Below are positions 1 to 11,647 of a DNA stretch of 64,000 bases, in pieces. The notes under the pieces were generated by a model, which saw only the letters and a list, made by a program, of their open reading frames with translations, searched no databases and was not told where the DNA came from. Within the stretch, counting starts at the first letter, position 1. Every line of letters starts with the position of its first letter. Source of the DNA: Octopus vulgaris (Eukaryota); contig OX597822.1 of assembly GCA_951406725.2 (NCBI GenBank), positions 61,256,001 to 61,320,000 of the forward strand, read 5' to 3'. The position numbers were made by a program, and so were the translations under genes.

Positions 1-179
1 ATGGGTATCGGATCTTTTCATTGAAAAGATCCTGGGTATCTGTTTATGTTCCTTGGTCGCTGGAGATAAGATAGGTGAATTGTAGTGCTAGTGACGACCA
101 CTTAGGCAGAAACACGCGTCCTCTTAGCCTGTCTTTGTCTTTAACAGCATGTCAACTTTGGAAATTTATATACATACAC

Positions 180-250
<71 letters not shown>

Positions 251-1139
251 GTTATACAGGACTCGAGGTCGATGGAATGGCAGAAGCAGTGGAATACCAG
301 GCTAGATCTCCTTGTGGCATTTAGTTACAACCCTATACATACTAAATTCAAATCCGCCCGAGACCAAAAGAAGAAATCCATCGTTGAACATTGCTCAGAT
401 CCATTGGCGCAGATATCGAATGTTTTAAAATTCTATTTGTTGTTGTACCCAAATTATCATTGCAGATAATGGTCAACCATCTGATAAAAAGTCAGCACTT
501 TTCTATTTTACTATTTTGCCTGTCAATAAAACGAGGGAAGAATTTCGGATAAGGTCATTAACGAGTGCAAGGATATGGCGTCATATATTATGATGTCATT
601 AATTATCAAGACAGTGAACTACGTCATGGATATAGTGTACAACGTCATGCATATAGTTTATTATTTCGTGGACTTCAAATCTGGTTTCTTTGTTATGACA
701 GTGGATTGCAAACTCGATAGCGTACTCCAACGAAATATTTTGAATTACATAGTTTCTTCTCTTTATATTCTGAATTTACATTCCTTTGATATCGACTTTG
801 CATTTTATCTACCCTAGATTGGTAAAATAAGTATCAGTCAATCCAACGATAAAACCTTCAATGTGGTCTACTGATCTGATGCAAGAAATAGCCTCCAAAT
901 TTATATTTGATCATGCCCTACAGTTCAAGAATAAAAAAGGAGATACTGAATAATGTTATCTGGGATAAATTATATCTGAAAAGATGGTATCGTTTACCGA
1001 TGGAAAAACTTTGATCATTGGTTTGCATATGATCAGAGTGGCCCTGGGGCCAAAGACAGGAACAACAACAAAGTCAACAGCAGCAGTTACAACAACAACA
1101 ACAGCAACATGAGTTATTGCTGAGAAAATCAAATCAAAA

Positions 1140-1275
1140 TATTCTTGAGATATACGTGTCTATAGAAGCTGTCAGAGTAATCAAAGCCAACTCCCCAGAG
1201 ATTGTTATTAAAGATAAAGTTGATAAAGAATGTCTCTTTATCGACTTATCATCCCCTTTTGGGAAGAAAATCGGA
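1140..1275 (+). mobile_element. R4/Dong-like restriction-like endonuclease fragment
   Basis: Translation IKANSPEIVIKDKVDKECLFIDLSSP resembles the PD..D motif of RLE-bearing non-LTR elements. Confidence 0.5.
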
Positions 1276-1411
1276 CGGACGTATAAACTCATACCTACCT
1301 ACCTACCTACATAATACATACCACTACCTACCCATCTCTTTGTCGGCGAGTCTGCCCTTGTCTGTGTGTCTGTCTCTCTCTATATATGCGTATATATATA
1401 TACATACACAG

Positions 1412-1476
<65 letters not shown>

Positions 1477-1481
<5 letters not shown>

Positions 1482-1881
1482 GCACATATGCCATTTGAAT
1501 ATGGCTAACCCATAAGGGTGGATGCTACTGTAGTTTGTAGCCCCAGGAAGATATCTCCTCCAGCTGGCCATAGACACACTATCTGTGTCCTGTCAGTATT
1601 TGTGAAAGGGAGTCATCCTCCCCGTCTTCAACACATGATACACACGTACCCGTGTTTCAAGGTGTTTACCTTTCATCAGCGTGTGACAATCATGGTTGTC
1701 GATGAGAAGTCAGATCCCTTCACAAATACATATACTTTTTCCAGTGTCGATTTGACACTGATATTGAAAAAGTGAAATCAAACAATGATAAATCTCAGAG
1801 CGAGTTATAAACAGTAGCGGTAACACATCGTGATGCACATATGCCATTTGAATATGGCTAACCCATAAGGGTGGATGCTAC
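1477..1881 (-). mobile_element. Retrozyme-like / Penelope pLTR-like unit (353-bp period) with 52-bp terminal direct repeats and an internal hammerhead ribozyme
   Basis: gtgatgcacatatgcc...gggtggatgctac occurs identically at 1477-1528 and 1830-1881. The unit abuts a (TA)n tract and holds an HHR at 1641-1685. Confidence 0.7.
1641..1685 (-). ncRNA. Type I hammerhead ribozyme, intact core
   Basis: Minus strand reads CACACG-CUGAUGA-AAGGU(AAAC)ACCUU-GAAA-C(ACGG)G-UA-CGUGUG: 6-bp stem I, 5-bp stem II, short stem III, GUA cleavage triplet. Confidence 0.85.
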
Positions 1882-2188
1882 ACGTTACGTTTCTTTTCTT
1901 TTGCCAGTTGACTTCTCGGATTCTGACGAAGATAGCATTGTGACGGTCGTTCACTATATTTTCAATTGATCAATCGATCGATTGATTAAATTTAACAAGA
2001 ACTCACCCGAAATATGTAACTGAAACACCTGTAAGTCTATAACGTATAAATAAATATTTAAATCCTATTATTTATGCCTGTTTTATATATCCGTATATAT
2101 ATGTATATTTGTATAAATACTATATGTAAGTATATATGTAAACGTATAAGCTTATACGACATATAAGTATATATGTAAGCATGTATGA

Positions 2189-2231
<43 letters not shown>

Positions 2232-2389
2232 TGTGTGTGTGTGTGCAATTTAAAGTTTAAAATCAAGAATCAAAGCCATTTACTTCATCAGTTGTAACTA
2301 AAGCTGGAATGCTGTGGGTCTTTTCAAAATCAGAAATATTATGGAGAATTTCGTTTCATTGTTAAAATTATCTTAAGGACAAAGGATAA

Positions 2390-2625
2390 AGGTCCTTTCC
2401 AAGTCATATACGGCCGATTTCCCAGTTTCCGTGGCGCGTATACCACCCCCCAGCTGGACGTGATGCGGTCCATCGTTGGATTACTCATTTCTGCCAGCTG
2501 GATTGGAGCTACGTGAAATGATGTGTTTTGCACAAGAACACAACGTGTCGCCCGGTCTTGGAATCGAAACCACAATCTTACGATCATGAGTCTAAAACTC
2601 TAAGCACAAAACCACATGCCTCCAC
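2390..2625 (-). mobile_element. tRNA-derived CORE-type SINE (family B), degenerate copy
   Basis: tRNA-like head with B box (ggtttcgattcc) and body matching the copies at 7822-8142 and 42598-42923. Confidence 0.7.
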
Positions 2626-3061
2626 AAAAACTGTGTTAAATGAAAAATAATAAAAAAAAACATGATTATGCTTAATTCTTTTTTATCTGTTGAACTCGAA
2701 GTAGATAAAGCTACAAATAACAACATGTAAATATTAGGTTACATTTTTGGACAGAAAAAGTCGAGGCCTTTCTGTGGGACATTATGCTTTACATTTTATT
2801 TATAATTCAACAGCTGTATGTATATGAACAACGTAAAATGTTTGATTTGCGAGATTACCTCCCCTTCACATGGAGCTGTTTTCTAGTATTTGGTAATTGT
2901 GATACAGTCTCTAGAGGTGGAAATAAATTTTATAAATCAAGAATTTATGTTGTATAGTAATTGATATACCTGTCTCTTTGTTCATAAATATACCACTGTC
3001 TATTCTGAATTATTTCTCTTAGCTCATTAAAAAAACAAAACATTATGCTAATTATCTAGAC

Positions 3062-3366
3062 CAATGGTTTTTAACCGGGGTCCATATAGCCCCTCAGGGA
3101 CCATATAAGATTTCTAAAGTCCATGCAACAAAATCGTAAATTGGGGATTCACAATTATAAAGGCTCCTGAAAAATATTTGCTTTAGATGTGTGTATTGGT
3201 ATGTATTACAAGAAAAAGGTTTCTTTCTCTAACATTTTTACATAGTTCAATATACAAAAGTTAATATGTAGAAAATAAAATAGGAATTTTGAAAAACTAT
3301 CAATAAAACTAGTTTTTAAACATCGAATGGCAATGGGGTTCCACCAGAAAATGGTTGAAAACCCTG
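3062..3366. mobile_element. hAT(Charlie)-like MITE relic
   Basis: Imperfect TIRs caatggtttttaacc / ggttgaaaaccctg; left flank atctagac fits the NTCTAGAN target. No matching right TSD. Confidence 0.45.
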
Positions 3367-3870
3367 ACTATAAATGTGCTCTACCTTTTTGTATCTGTTT
3401 ATGTTCCTTGGTCGCTGGAGATAAGATAGGTGAATTGTCGTGCTAGTGACGACTACTTAGGCAGAAACACGCGTTCTCTTAGCCTCTCTTTGTCCTTAAC
3501 AGCATGTCAACTTTGGAAAATTCTTGATTCTTGCGATCATCTCGCTTTTTCAAATGGAACTATTCTCAAGTGTCATTTAGTAATTGAGACACATCCTCAA
3601 GAGGCGGGGATAATTTTCATAAACCAAGAATTTACGTTGTATGATATTTGATATACCTGTATATGCTTATGGTATAATATACCTATATATCTATAGTTTT
3701 TTTTTTCTTATGAGAAGTCGACTACGTGGGAATGCGAAGGTGTGAAAATGTGTGATGAATATAAATTTAAGAATGTTTATTTGGATAAATGATTATCTGT
3801 ACACACCCACCACAATTTTTAAGTTTCGACACATGAAAAAATGAAGAAAATGTGAAATAATATGAACTAT

Positions 3871-3934
<64 letters not shown>

Positions 3935-4266
3935 AATATAAAAATAACAGGAACCAAGAGGTGGAACGAAACGACGAATCGGAACGAACCTGACGCGGGG
4001 CGTTGTCAGACAATAATGTGATAAATAAAAATATATGCATACATACAAACATATATGTACGTACCTACATCTACATGTATATATACATGCATATATAAAT
4101 AATTATACGTGAGTACAGGACACCACATAAGACGTAGAAACGAGAAAAACAAAAAAACAAAAAACAAGAAAACGAAAAAAACAGTTACAGGACGTGCTAC
4201 ACAAGGAAAAAACCCCCGTCATCAGCTGTCGCTAGTAGACTCAAGCATGTTTCGAAGGCAAAGACA

Positions 4267-4320
<54 letters not shown>

Positions 4321-4858
4321 GCAAATGTTGAATAATACATAGAATTGTGTAAATGCAAGCTATCGTTTATTCATCCTTTAAGAATTAATATCAGTTGAAT
4401 CTTAAGAAAAATCTTAATAAAATTTATATATCTTCTTAAAAATATGAAACGACCTTTCAGTAGCAGATATTTAAACTGACAAAAGAGTAAAACAAAAAAA
4501 TTTAACAATCCGTACAAGAACCAGAAATGAAAAGAAAAGAAAAAAGAGCAATTACTGCTCTTCAACATAACGTATTAAAATTAATTTAGAGAGCTTACAT
4601 AAAACTCAAAGTGAACTTCTAAATTTAGGATGGAGTAAAATAGAAACATACTATGCTTTACGCAGACACTTTGAAATAACTTCGTAAACATAAACTTTTC
4701 TCAAAAACGCTAAGAGTAAAATATGTTTTATATGACACTTTCTACCAGTAAACGTAGTTTGAAAGTGTTTATTTACAAAAAATTATTTTCTAAATCTGCC
4801 GGTCAAAAGGTAAAGATCCATGTAAAAATATAATCAGTTATACCAATTTAGGATAGTA

Positions 4859-4897
<39 letters not shown>

Positions 4898-4903
4898 CAT
4901 CAA

Positions 4904-5079
4904 GGCGGCGACCTGGCAGAATTGTTAGCAAGCTGGACGAAATGCTTAGTGGTATTTCGTCCGAGGCCGACTTTACCTTTCATCATTTCGGGGACCGATA
5001 AATTAAGTACCAGTTAAGTACTGGGGTCGATGTAATCTACTATCCCTTCCCCCAAATTTCAAGCCTTGTGCCTTTAGTA
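4904..5079 (+). mobile_element. tRNA-derived SINE with Meta/MESC-like central domain; tail interrupted by a mariner element
   Basis: ggcggcgacctggcagaattgttagc head, then gactttacctttcatc...gataaattaagtaccag domain. The tail resumes at 5637 (gaaaggattattatt). Confidence 0.75.
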
Positions 5080-5634
5080 TTGGGTTGTCCGGAATGTTCG
5101 TGCCGATTCTTAAAGGAAAGCGAAAGGTCAATAAATACTTGCCATTACAATTATAATCAACTAAATATGAACCATTTTATTGCACAATGCGTCTCCATCT
5201 TTCCTTTAACTTGAAAATACCCTCTTCCCAGAACTGAGGTGGTTTCATGGTAAAGAATTCATCAAGGTACCTTTTTACTTCATCCAAGGAATTGAAATTT
5301 TTACCATTAAGACTATTCTGCAGAGACCTGAATAAGTGGAAATCCGAAGGAGCAATATCTGGTGAATATGGAGGGTGGAGTAACACATCCCAGCCGAGCT
5401 GCAACAATTTTTGTTTTGTTCCCAAAGCATCAAGTGCCGAAAATGAACTTTCATATCTTCCATTTTAAAGGGTTACAGAATTAACACAGGTTATAGGAAC
5501 ATAAATCTTCTTTCATGAAAAGATAGCTTAAACTGTGCTCTAAATGGAGGTGCAGTCAAATCCTAGTTTATGGACTCTAAAATAAGTCGAAAGGTAAGCT
5601 ACTAAGATCGGCACGAACTTTCCGGACAACCCAA
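5080..5634 (-). mobile_element. Internally deleted mariner transposon with intact TIRs and TA TSD
   Basis: TIRs ttgggttgtccggaa(t/a)gttcgtgccgat at both ends, flanked by TA. ORF 5177-5425 carries WDVLLHPPYSPDIAPSDFHLF (mariner YSPDL motif). Confidence 0.92.
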
Positions 5635-5673
5635 TAGAAAGGATTATTATTATTATCATCATCATCATCATCA

Positions 5674-5745
<72 letters not shown>

Positions 5746-5789
5746 GAAAACTCATAGCTTATTTTGCTGGGTATGAAGGAAAGTGTCAG

Positions 5790-6158
5790 CTGTCCACAGC
5801 CAGCAGACTAATATGACACTTTACTGGTCATGCTTCAAAAACCTTGCGAAGAATTCTTGCAGTTCCAAGCAATACTTATTTTTGTAGGTGTTCTACCTTC
5901 ACACTTGCACCAATCTTTTTCAGCCATGTCAGTAGTTGAATACTGATACTTCCAAGTGCACCAATTACTATTGGTATCACGTCTAATCTATTCATTGACC
6001 ACAACCTTCATATTTGCCACTTCAAATCGTCATAGTTGTTTGTTTTTTTTTCTTCTTTCATATTGATCTTGTTGTCACAGGGGCATATTACGTCGATTAT
6101 CATACATGTTCTTGCTTTTTTATTCACCACAACAATGTCCGGTTTCCGATGTCTGATA
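5790..6158 (-). mobile_element. R4/Dong-clade non-LTR retrotransposon 3' fragment (RLE domain) in an (AAT)n tract
   Basis: RHRKPDIVVVNKKARTCMIIDVICPCDNK...YDDLKWQI, followed by IPIVIGALGS; bounded by ATT repeats. Confidence 0.8.
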
Positions 6159-6167
6159 TTATTATTA

Positions 6168-6216
<49 letters not shown>

Positions 6217-6245
6217 CATTATTATTATCATTATTGTTATTATTG

Positions 6246-6307
<62 letters not shown>

Positions 6308-6861
6308 GAGTGAGAGAGCAGTGCATGCCATCAAAGTGACACTGGGGTAAAATATACGAAGCCCAATATACCCATCATGACTACCCGTCTGATAAAGGTA
6401 CACGAGGCACATGCATCACAACCATCTGTGCGCGACATGGTGATCTCATATCAAGATAAACAGCACATGACCTTGCAGGTGGGGCCCAGTTAGAATTTTC
6501 TTCAGGTTGAGTAGCCCATCCCGCTCAAAAGGTCTCTGAATAAGGGTTGTTTAAGGATGTTGAAAGAACCACCCATGTTTCCAGAGGTGAATTATTCAAA
6601 CCCCAAAGAATCCCTCTCAACACATGGCTATGATGCTCCCCCACTACTTCTGCTCGTGATCAGAGATGCACATATCGTCAGCCACTAAGGGACATGGTCA
6701 ACTGGTTAAGGTCAAACAACTGACAAGCAAATCTGTGGTATTGAGCAGAATATTTGCTGTAGCCCATCTTTTATACCAAGACAAAACAATGTACATAATA
6801 ACACTTCCAATCAGTTAAGATCAGAAGCCATGAGAGCCACTGCCTGGTACTGCATCAAGGC

Positions 6862-6862
<1 letters not shown>
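6308..6862. mobile_element. Unclassified ~550-bp non-coding element resident in (AAT)n tracts (copy 1 of 3)
   Basis: Same sequence in inverted orientation at ~25030-25590 and ~41597-42140; every copy is flanked by AAT/AAC repeats. Confidence 0.75.
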
Positions 6863-6924
<62 letters not shown>

Positions 6925-6939
6925 CATCCTCATCATTTT

Positions 6940-7345
6940 ATTGTCCTTGCACAGCTTCTAACGCTGGAGATGTACTACGATGTCAGCTGTTCACTACTAG
7001 TGAACTAAGACAACACCCCTTATTTTTCGAACACCATCCGGAGTATTCGAGCGGTTCCAAGCAGTGCCGTTTTCTGTAAGTGCTCCACCCTTATTGCAGT
7101 CCCTATTTGTTCGATATACTTCTCAAGATTTTTACTCACTGTTAACAGGGCTCCGACAGTTATTGGTACTACTACCACCTTTTTCAGCGACCACAACTGC
7201 TTAACCTCCCAAACTAATCTGTTATATCTATCGACTTTTATTTCTTCCTAATCGCATACTTTGTTGTCAGCTGGGCATGCTATATCTATGATCCAGTATC
7301 GTTTGCTTTCTTTCTCAATTAAAACTATGTCTGGTTTCCAAGATA
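6940..7345 (-). mobile_element. R4/Dong-clade RLE 3' fragment
   Basis: Minus-strand translation KPDIVLIEKESKRYWIIDIACPADNKV...VVPITVGALLTV...LQKTALLGTARILR; 3' end runs into (AAT)n. Confidence 0.8.
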
Positions 7346-7483
7346 GCATTTTTTAATGATATTCATTTTAAACATTATACAAAACCTCTTCCCTAAAACC
7401 AGTTGCCAAAATAATTTTTTGTTTTGGTGCTATTTTACTATCAGTTGATACGGTCTAGTGCTTGTGTTTCAAACGATTCAGGC

Positions 7484-7805
7484 TCAAGTCCAGTGGCTTT
7501 CAGTGTTACTTTGAGCTGGTCCTTGTATCATCGAAGACGTCAACTCCGTAGTCTTTTCCCTGAAGTCAGCTCTCTGAATAAGACTTGACGTGAGAGCCTT
7601 GACTCTTCCTTTCTTGCATTCTTTCCTGACTACACGAAGACGGTGTTTCATGATCAGCGATTCCATGCTTTGGTTGTTGGCTTTTTCCAGGACTTTGTTG
7701 TTGGTCACATCCTATTTCCACTTGATGTTCAAGACCGGACGAAGCTTTTGCTGGTTATTTTTGGTTATTGCGACAATATAGAGTTCAGGTTTCGCAGCCA
7801 TATAC
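7484..7805 (-). mobile_element. RTE-clade LINE fragment
   Basis: YGCET.TLY and VTNNKVLEKANNQSMESLIMKHRLR motifs typical of the RTE region downstream of the RT. Confidence 0.65.
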
Positions 7806-7821
7806 ATACATGAGGAGGAGG

Positions 7822-8142
7822 AGGAGACCCCCTTCGGCCATGAATGACCATGGGATTGCACCTAGAAAGTTACCCTCCGAGGCACAAGTCCGGGCAAGGT
7901 TGTTTATGGAAGGCCAGCAGTCGCCCATGCATACCTCCCCTCTCCACACCAAGGGAAAGGTAAAGGCCGATACAGCTTGGCATCAGTGATGTCGCAACTC
8001 ATTTCTACAGCCGAGTGAACTGGAGCAACGTGAAATAAAATGTCTTGCTCAAGAACACAACACGCAGCCCGGTCCGAGAATCGAACTCACAACCTCACGA
8101 TCGTAAGCTCGACGCTCTAACCACTGAGCCATGCGCTTTCAC
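7822..8142 (-). mobile_element. tRNA-derived CORE-type SINE (family B)
   Basis: Head gcgcatggctcagtggttagagcgtc...gagttcgattc (A and B boxes) plus ttgagcaagaca core-like segment; near-identical to 42598-42923. Confidence 0.8.
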
Positions 8143-8729
8143 TACATACATACATACATACATACATACATACATACATACATACATACATACATACATA
8201 CGTACGCACGTATATATATATATATATATATATATGAATGTATGTAAGTGTATATGTATAAAATGTATATTAAAATATAATCTGTACTAAATCATATTTA
8301 ATTCTTTATTTTCCCTGTATGAAACATTGTAGCACAAGAAATACGGTGTTTTTAATACCCTTTTCTCCCTCGTGTTAAGCTAAAGAAAGAATTGTGAAAA
8401 ATTCCATTTGAGAGATAAAGATAATAGATGTGATCGTGGGTTGCTATTGATATAGAAAATTCCAGAACATGTTATTAAGTAAAACTACAAAATTCCACTG
8501 CTCTCTCTTAGATTAGTTTAAAAAAACCCCTCTAAATTATAAAAGAAAACAAAGAAACAAAACAATATGACTCAGAGATGGTGCCTTTATATCCTTTCAT
8601 TTAGCCTGAAATTAATATGCTAAACATCCATCCTTGCGGGCGCGTCTGCGCACGCACGCACAAATTACACAAATAGACACACAGAAACGCGCAAACACAC
8701 GCAGGCACGAATGAGAGAGAGGGAGAGTC

Positions 8730-8769
<40 letters not shown>

Positions 8770-8924
8770 GGAGATATATATATATATATAGAGAGAGGGC
8801 GGTGGGAGAAAACTTAAGAGCGGAGAGCAAAAAAATACGAGACAGAAATAGGAAAAGAGAGCGTCATACATGCACGTCTGTGTATTCCTAGGAATGTTAA
8901 AGATAAAAACCATATACGTATACT

Positions 8925-8961
<37 letters not shown>

Positions 8962-9044
8962 ATTATATATGCATATATATATATAAGCAAATATTTCTCC
9001 CTCTCTCTCTCTAACACACACATATATAAATAAAAATAATGAGA

Positions 9045-9120
<76 letters not shown>

Positions 9121-9374
9121 CACCCTCAAGTACTTGATTGGTACTTTATTTACTGACTTCATCTATTGACCTCGAAAGTACGAAAGGCAAAGCTGAATTC
9201 AGCAAAATAGATACCTTAGTTAACGTAGCCCTACGTATAATGCCTGAATTAAAGGTAGAATGGTTGCGTCTGGAAAGTTATTCAACAGATATCTGCAAAA
9301 ACGGACTTCATCCAAGGTTAAACAGCAAGAACTACTAACTAACGCGATGGTTTACTTGTATGTGTGTGTGTTAC

Positions 9375-9410
<36 letters not shown>

Positions 9411-9766
9411 ATAATCAGAAAATAGAGAAAACTTTTGATCAACAAACAAACAAACAAATTGAGAAACATCGGTTGATTATTTTTTAATACAAAACATGAC
9501 ATAACATTTCTTACGGCCGTTTCCGCTTCCAATGTTAGTCGGTGCTTACGAAAGAAATTCCGAAAATGATATTCCTCATCTTCATAGCACATTCGATTTG
9601 TACCCTATGAGCATGGTGTGCCTGCATATCCACGCCCAGGGATAGCATAGGTAATTGATACCGAGAGTAAGAACGGATACTGTTAACCCTTAGACGGTTA
9701 TTACAACTGCTAACTCTGCCTACCTATATATATATACATATGCATGTACATACATACATACATTCA

Positions 9767-9826
<60 letters not shown>

Positions 9827-10340
9827 CATACATGTTAATAACACCTATAAGGAGGTGTTTTTCCATTCACCAAAGTGAATGGAGCCTTGGCCAGGAGGAA
9901 CTGATGTCATCAGACAGTATCCAACGTTCATCAAGTGTTTCGACCCTGAACCGTAACACCCTCCCGTTGGTGGATCAGCAGAGGTGGCAAGTCACTGCTC
10001 CTGGCTTCTTCTTGGTTTCTAGCTTAAATCCTCTCTCTTGCTCCAAAGCCAACAAGAAGCTCTTTCAGCTGCCTCTCCCCTCCTGCGCACAGCCACCCTT
10101 CCCTCCTTACCAATACATATATTCATATATTTATTCAAATACAAAGGCGGTGCCCCAGCGTGGCCTCAGTTTCTAGTTGAAGCCAGTAAAAGATATATTT
10201 GGGTTAACAAGGCTACCATTGGTTTCTTGTCCAGAGAATTCTCAACATTTTTCACGCTTTCCACTTGGGACAATGGTGCTCGTCACCATCTTGGATGGAA
10301 ACGAACGAAGTCACACGAGATCGCACGAGATTTTGAAATA

Positions 10341-10421
10341 TGACGTAGTGGTTAAGAGCGCGGGCTACTAACCCCATGATTCCGAGTTCGATTCCAGGTA
10401 ATAACCTGAATAATAATAATG

Positions 10422-10476
<55 letters not shown>

Positions 10477-10637
10477 TAACAACAACAACAACAACATCGA
10501 AAAATACCTTAGGAATGAGAACCCAGGAAATTTTCCCACGACACCTTATGAAGGCTGGAGGGTATATCAGCCGAAACGTGTTAACAACAAACAAGATGAG
10601 GACAAATATCCGTCAAATGTAAATAATGTAAATAATA
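10341..10637 (+). mobile_element. tRNA-headed element carrying a degenerate hammerhead motif
   Basis: A box tgacgtagtgg and B box gagttcgattcc (10341-10395), AAT tract, then acac-cttatga-a-ggctg...cagcc-gaaa-cg at 10541-10582. Confidence 0.55.
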
Positions 10638-10703
10638 AACAAATATTTCCCACCACATGAAACCAACAGTATCCTTGTTAACCCCCAAATAAAGCACATA
10701 CAC

Positions 10704-10734
<31 letters not shown>

Positions 10735-11075
10735 TGTATGTATGTATGTATGTATGTATGTATGTATGTATGCCTGTATATATGTATACAAATACATAAA
10801 CATATACATGTACATACAGATGCGCATGCATACCTGCGCGCACACACATACAAATACACAAGAGTTTGAGGTGAATGATGGTGCAAATGCATCAATTGTG
10901 ATGGCGGCTGTTAATTAGTACTTTTGTATAGAGGAAGAGTTACTCTACCGACAAAGTGCAATTCGAAAGTAATGCAAAAATAGGCATAACTCTTTAATTA
11001 ACTGATATATGTCGTTCAAATTGCACTCTTTCTCTATAATAACATCTCTTCTTAATTTTCATTGCAGGTAAATAA

Positions 11076-11290
11076 TGGGTTCCAAAACGAAACAACGCGC
11101 TGCCATAGAAGTTCTTGACGAAAGAGGGAGCAGGCTGTTCGACATCCTTAGAAGACTGCAGATTGTTCAGGGAAATCACGCCATTCACTAGAACAATGAG
11201 TGCACATAGATGAAGCTTCGAAAAAGGGAAAGCCAGCATTGAAGACAAACCACGCAGTAAAAGACGACCTCAACGTGGTGGACTGTGAAC
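11076..11290 (+). mobile_element. Mariner transposase N-terminal relic
   Basis: MGSKTKQRAAIE...; downstream frameshifted KGKASIEDKPRSKRRP resembles the mariner (L)ED.PRSGRP motif. Confidence 0.5.
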
Positions 11291-11647
11291 AGCGAACGGT
11301 ACATTGAGACATTCACAAAACAAAGAGAAGACACTGGGAAGAAGAGGTCAATCAAAAGCCTCAAAACGATTTATATTCACTATGACAATATGCAATAACA
11401 CATATCTATTCTTTGGCAACGAATCAGGCAATCAGCGAATTAGGCTACAAATTTTATTACAAATTATTTTGTTTGTTATTACTTGTTGTAGATTAGAAGT
11501 CAATTTTTAATATTCAAATTTTATCCTTAGCTGTAATATTTTAAGTAAAATTTTTCTTGTTCTGTACTTTATCAGATATAATAAGTTGTCCTGAATTTTT
11601 CCAAGTGTAATAACCAGTCCTGTAATTTTTTTGGTTTATAATCAAAT

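Noticed and set aside
9840-10060. Hairpin-rich segment with ctgatg and gtttcg words, a possible ribozyme
   Set aside because: The motifs could not be arranged into a valid HHR topology on either strand.
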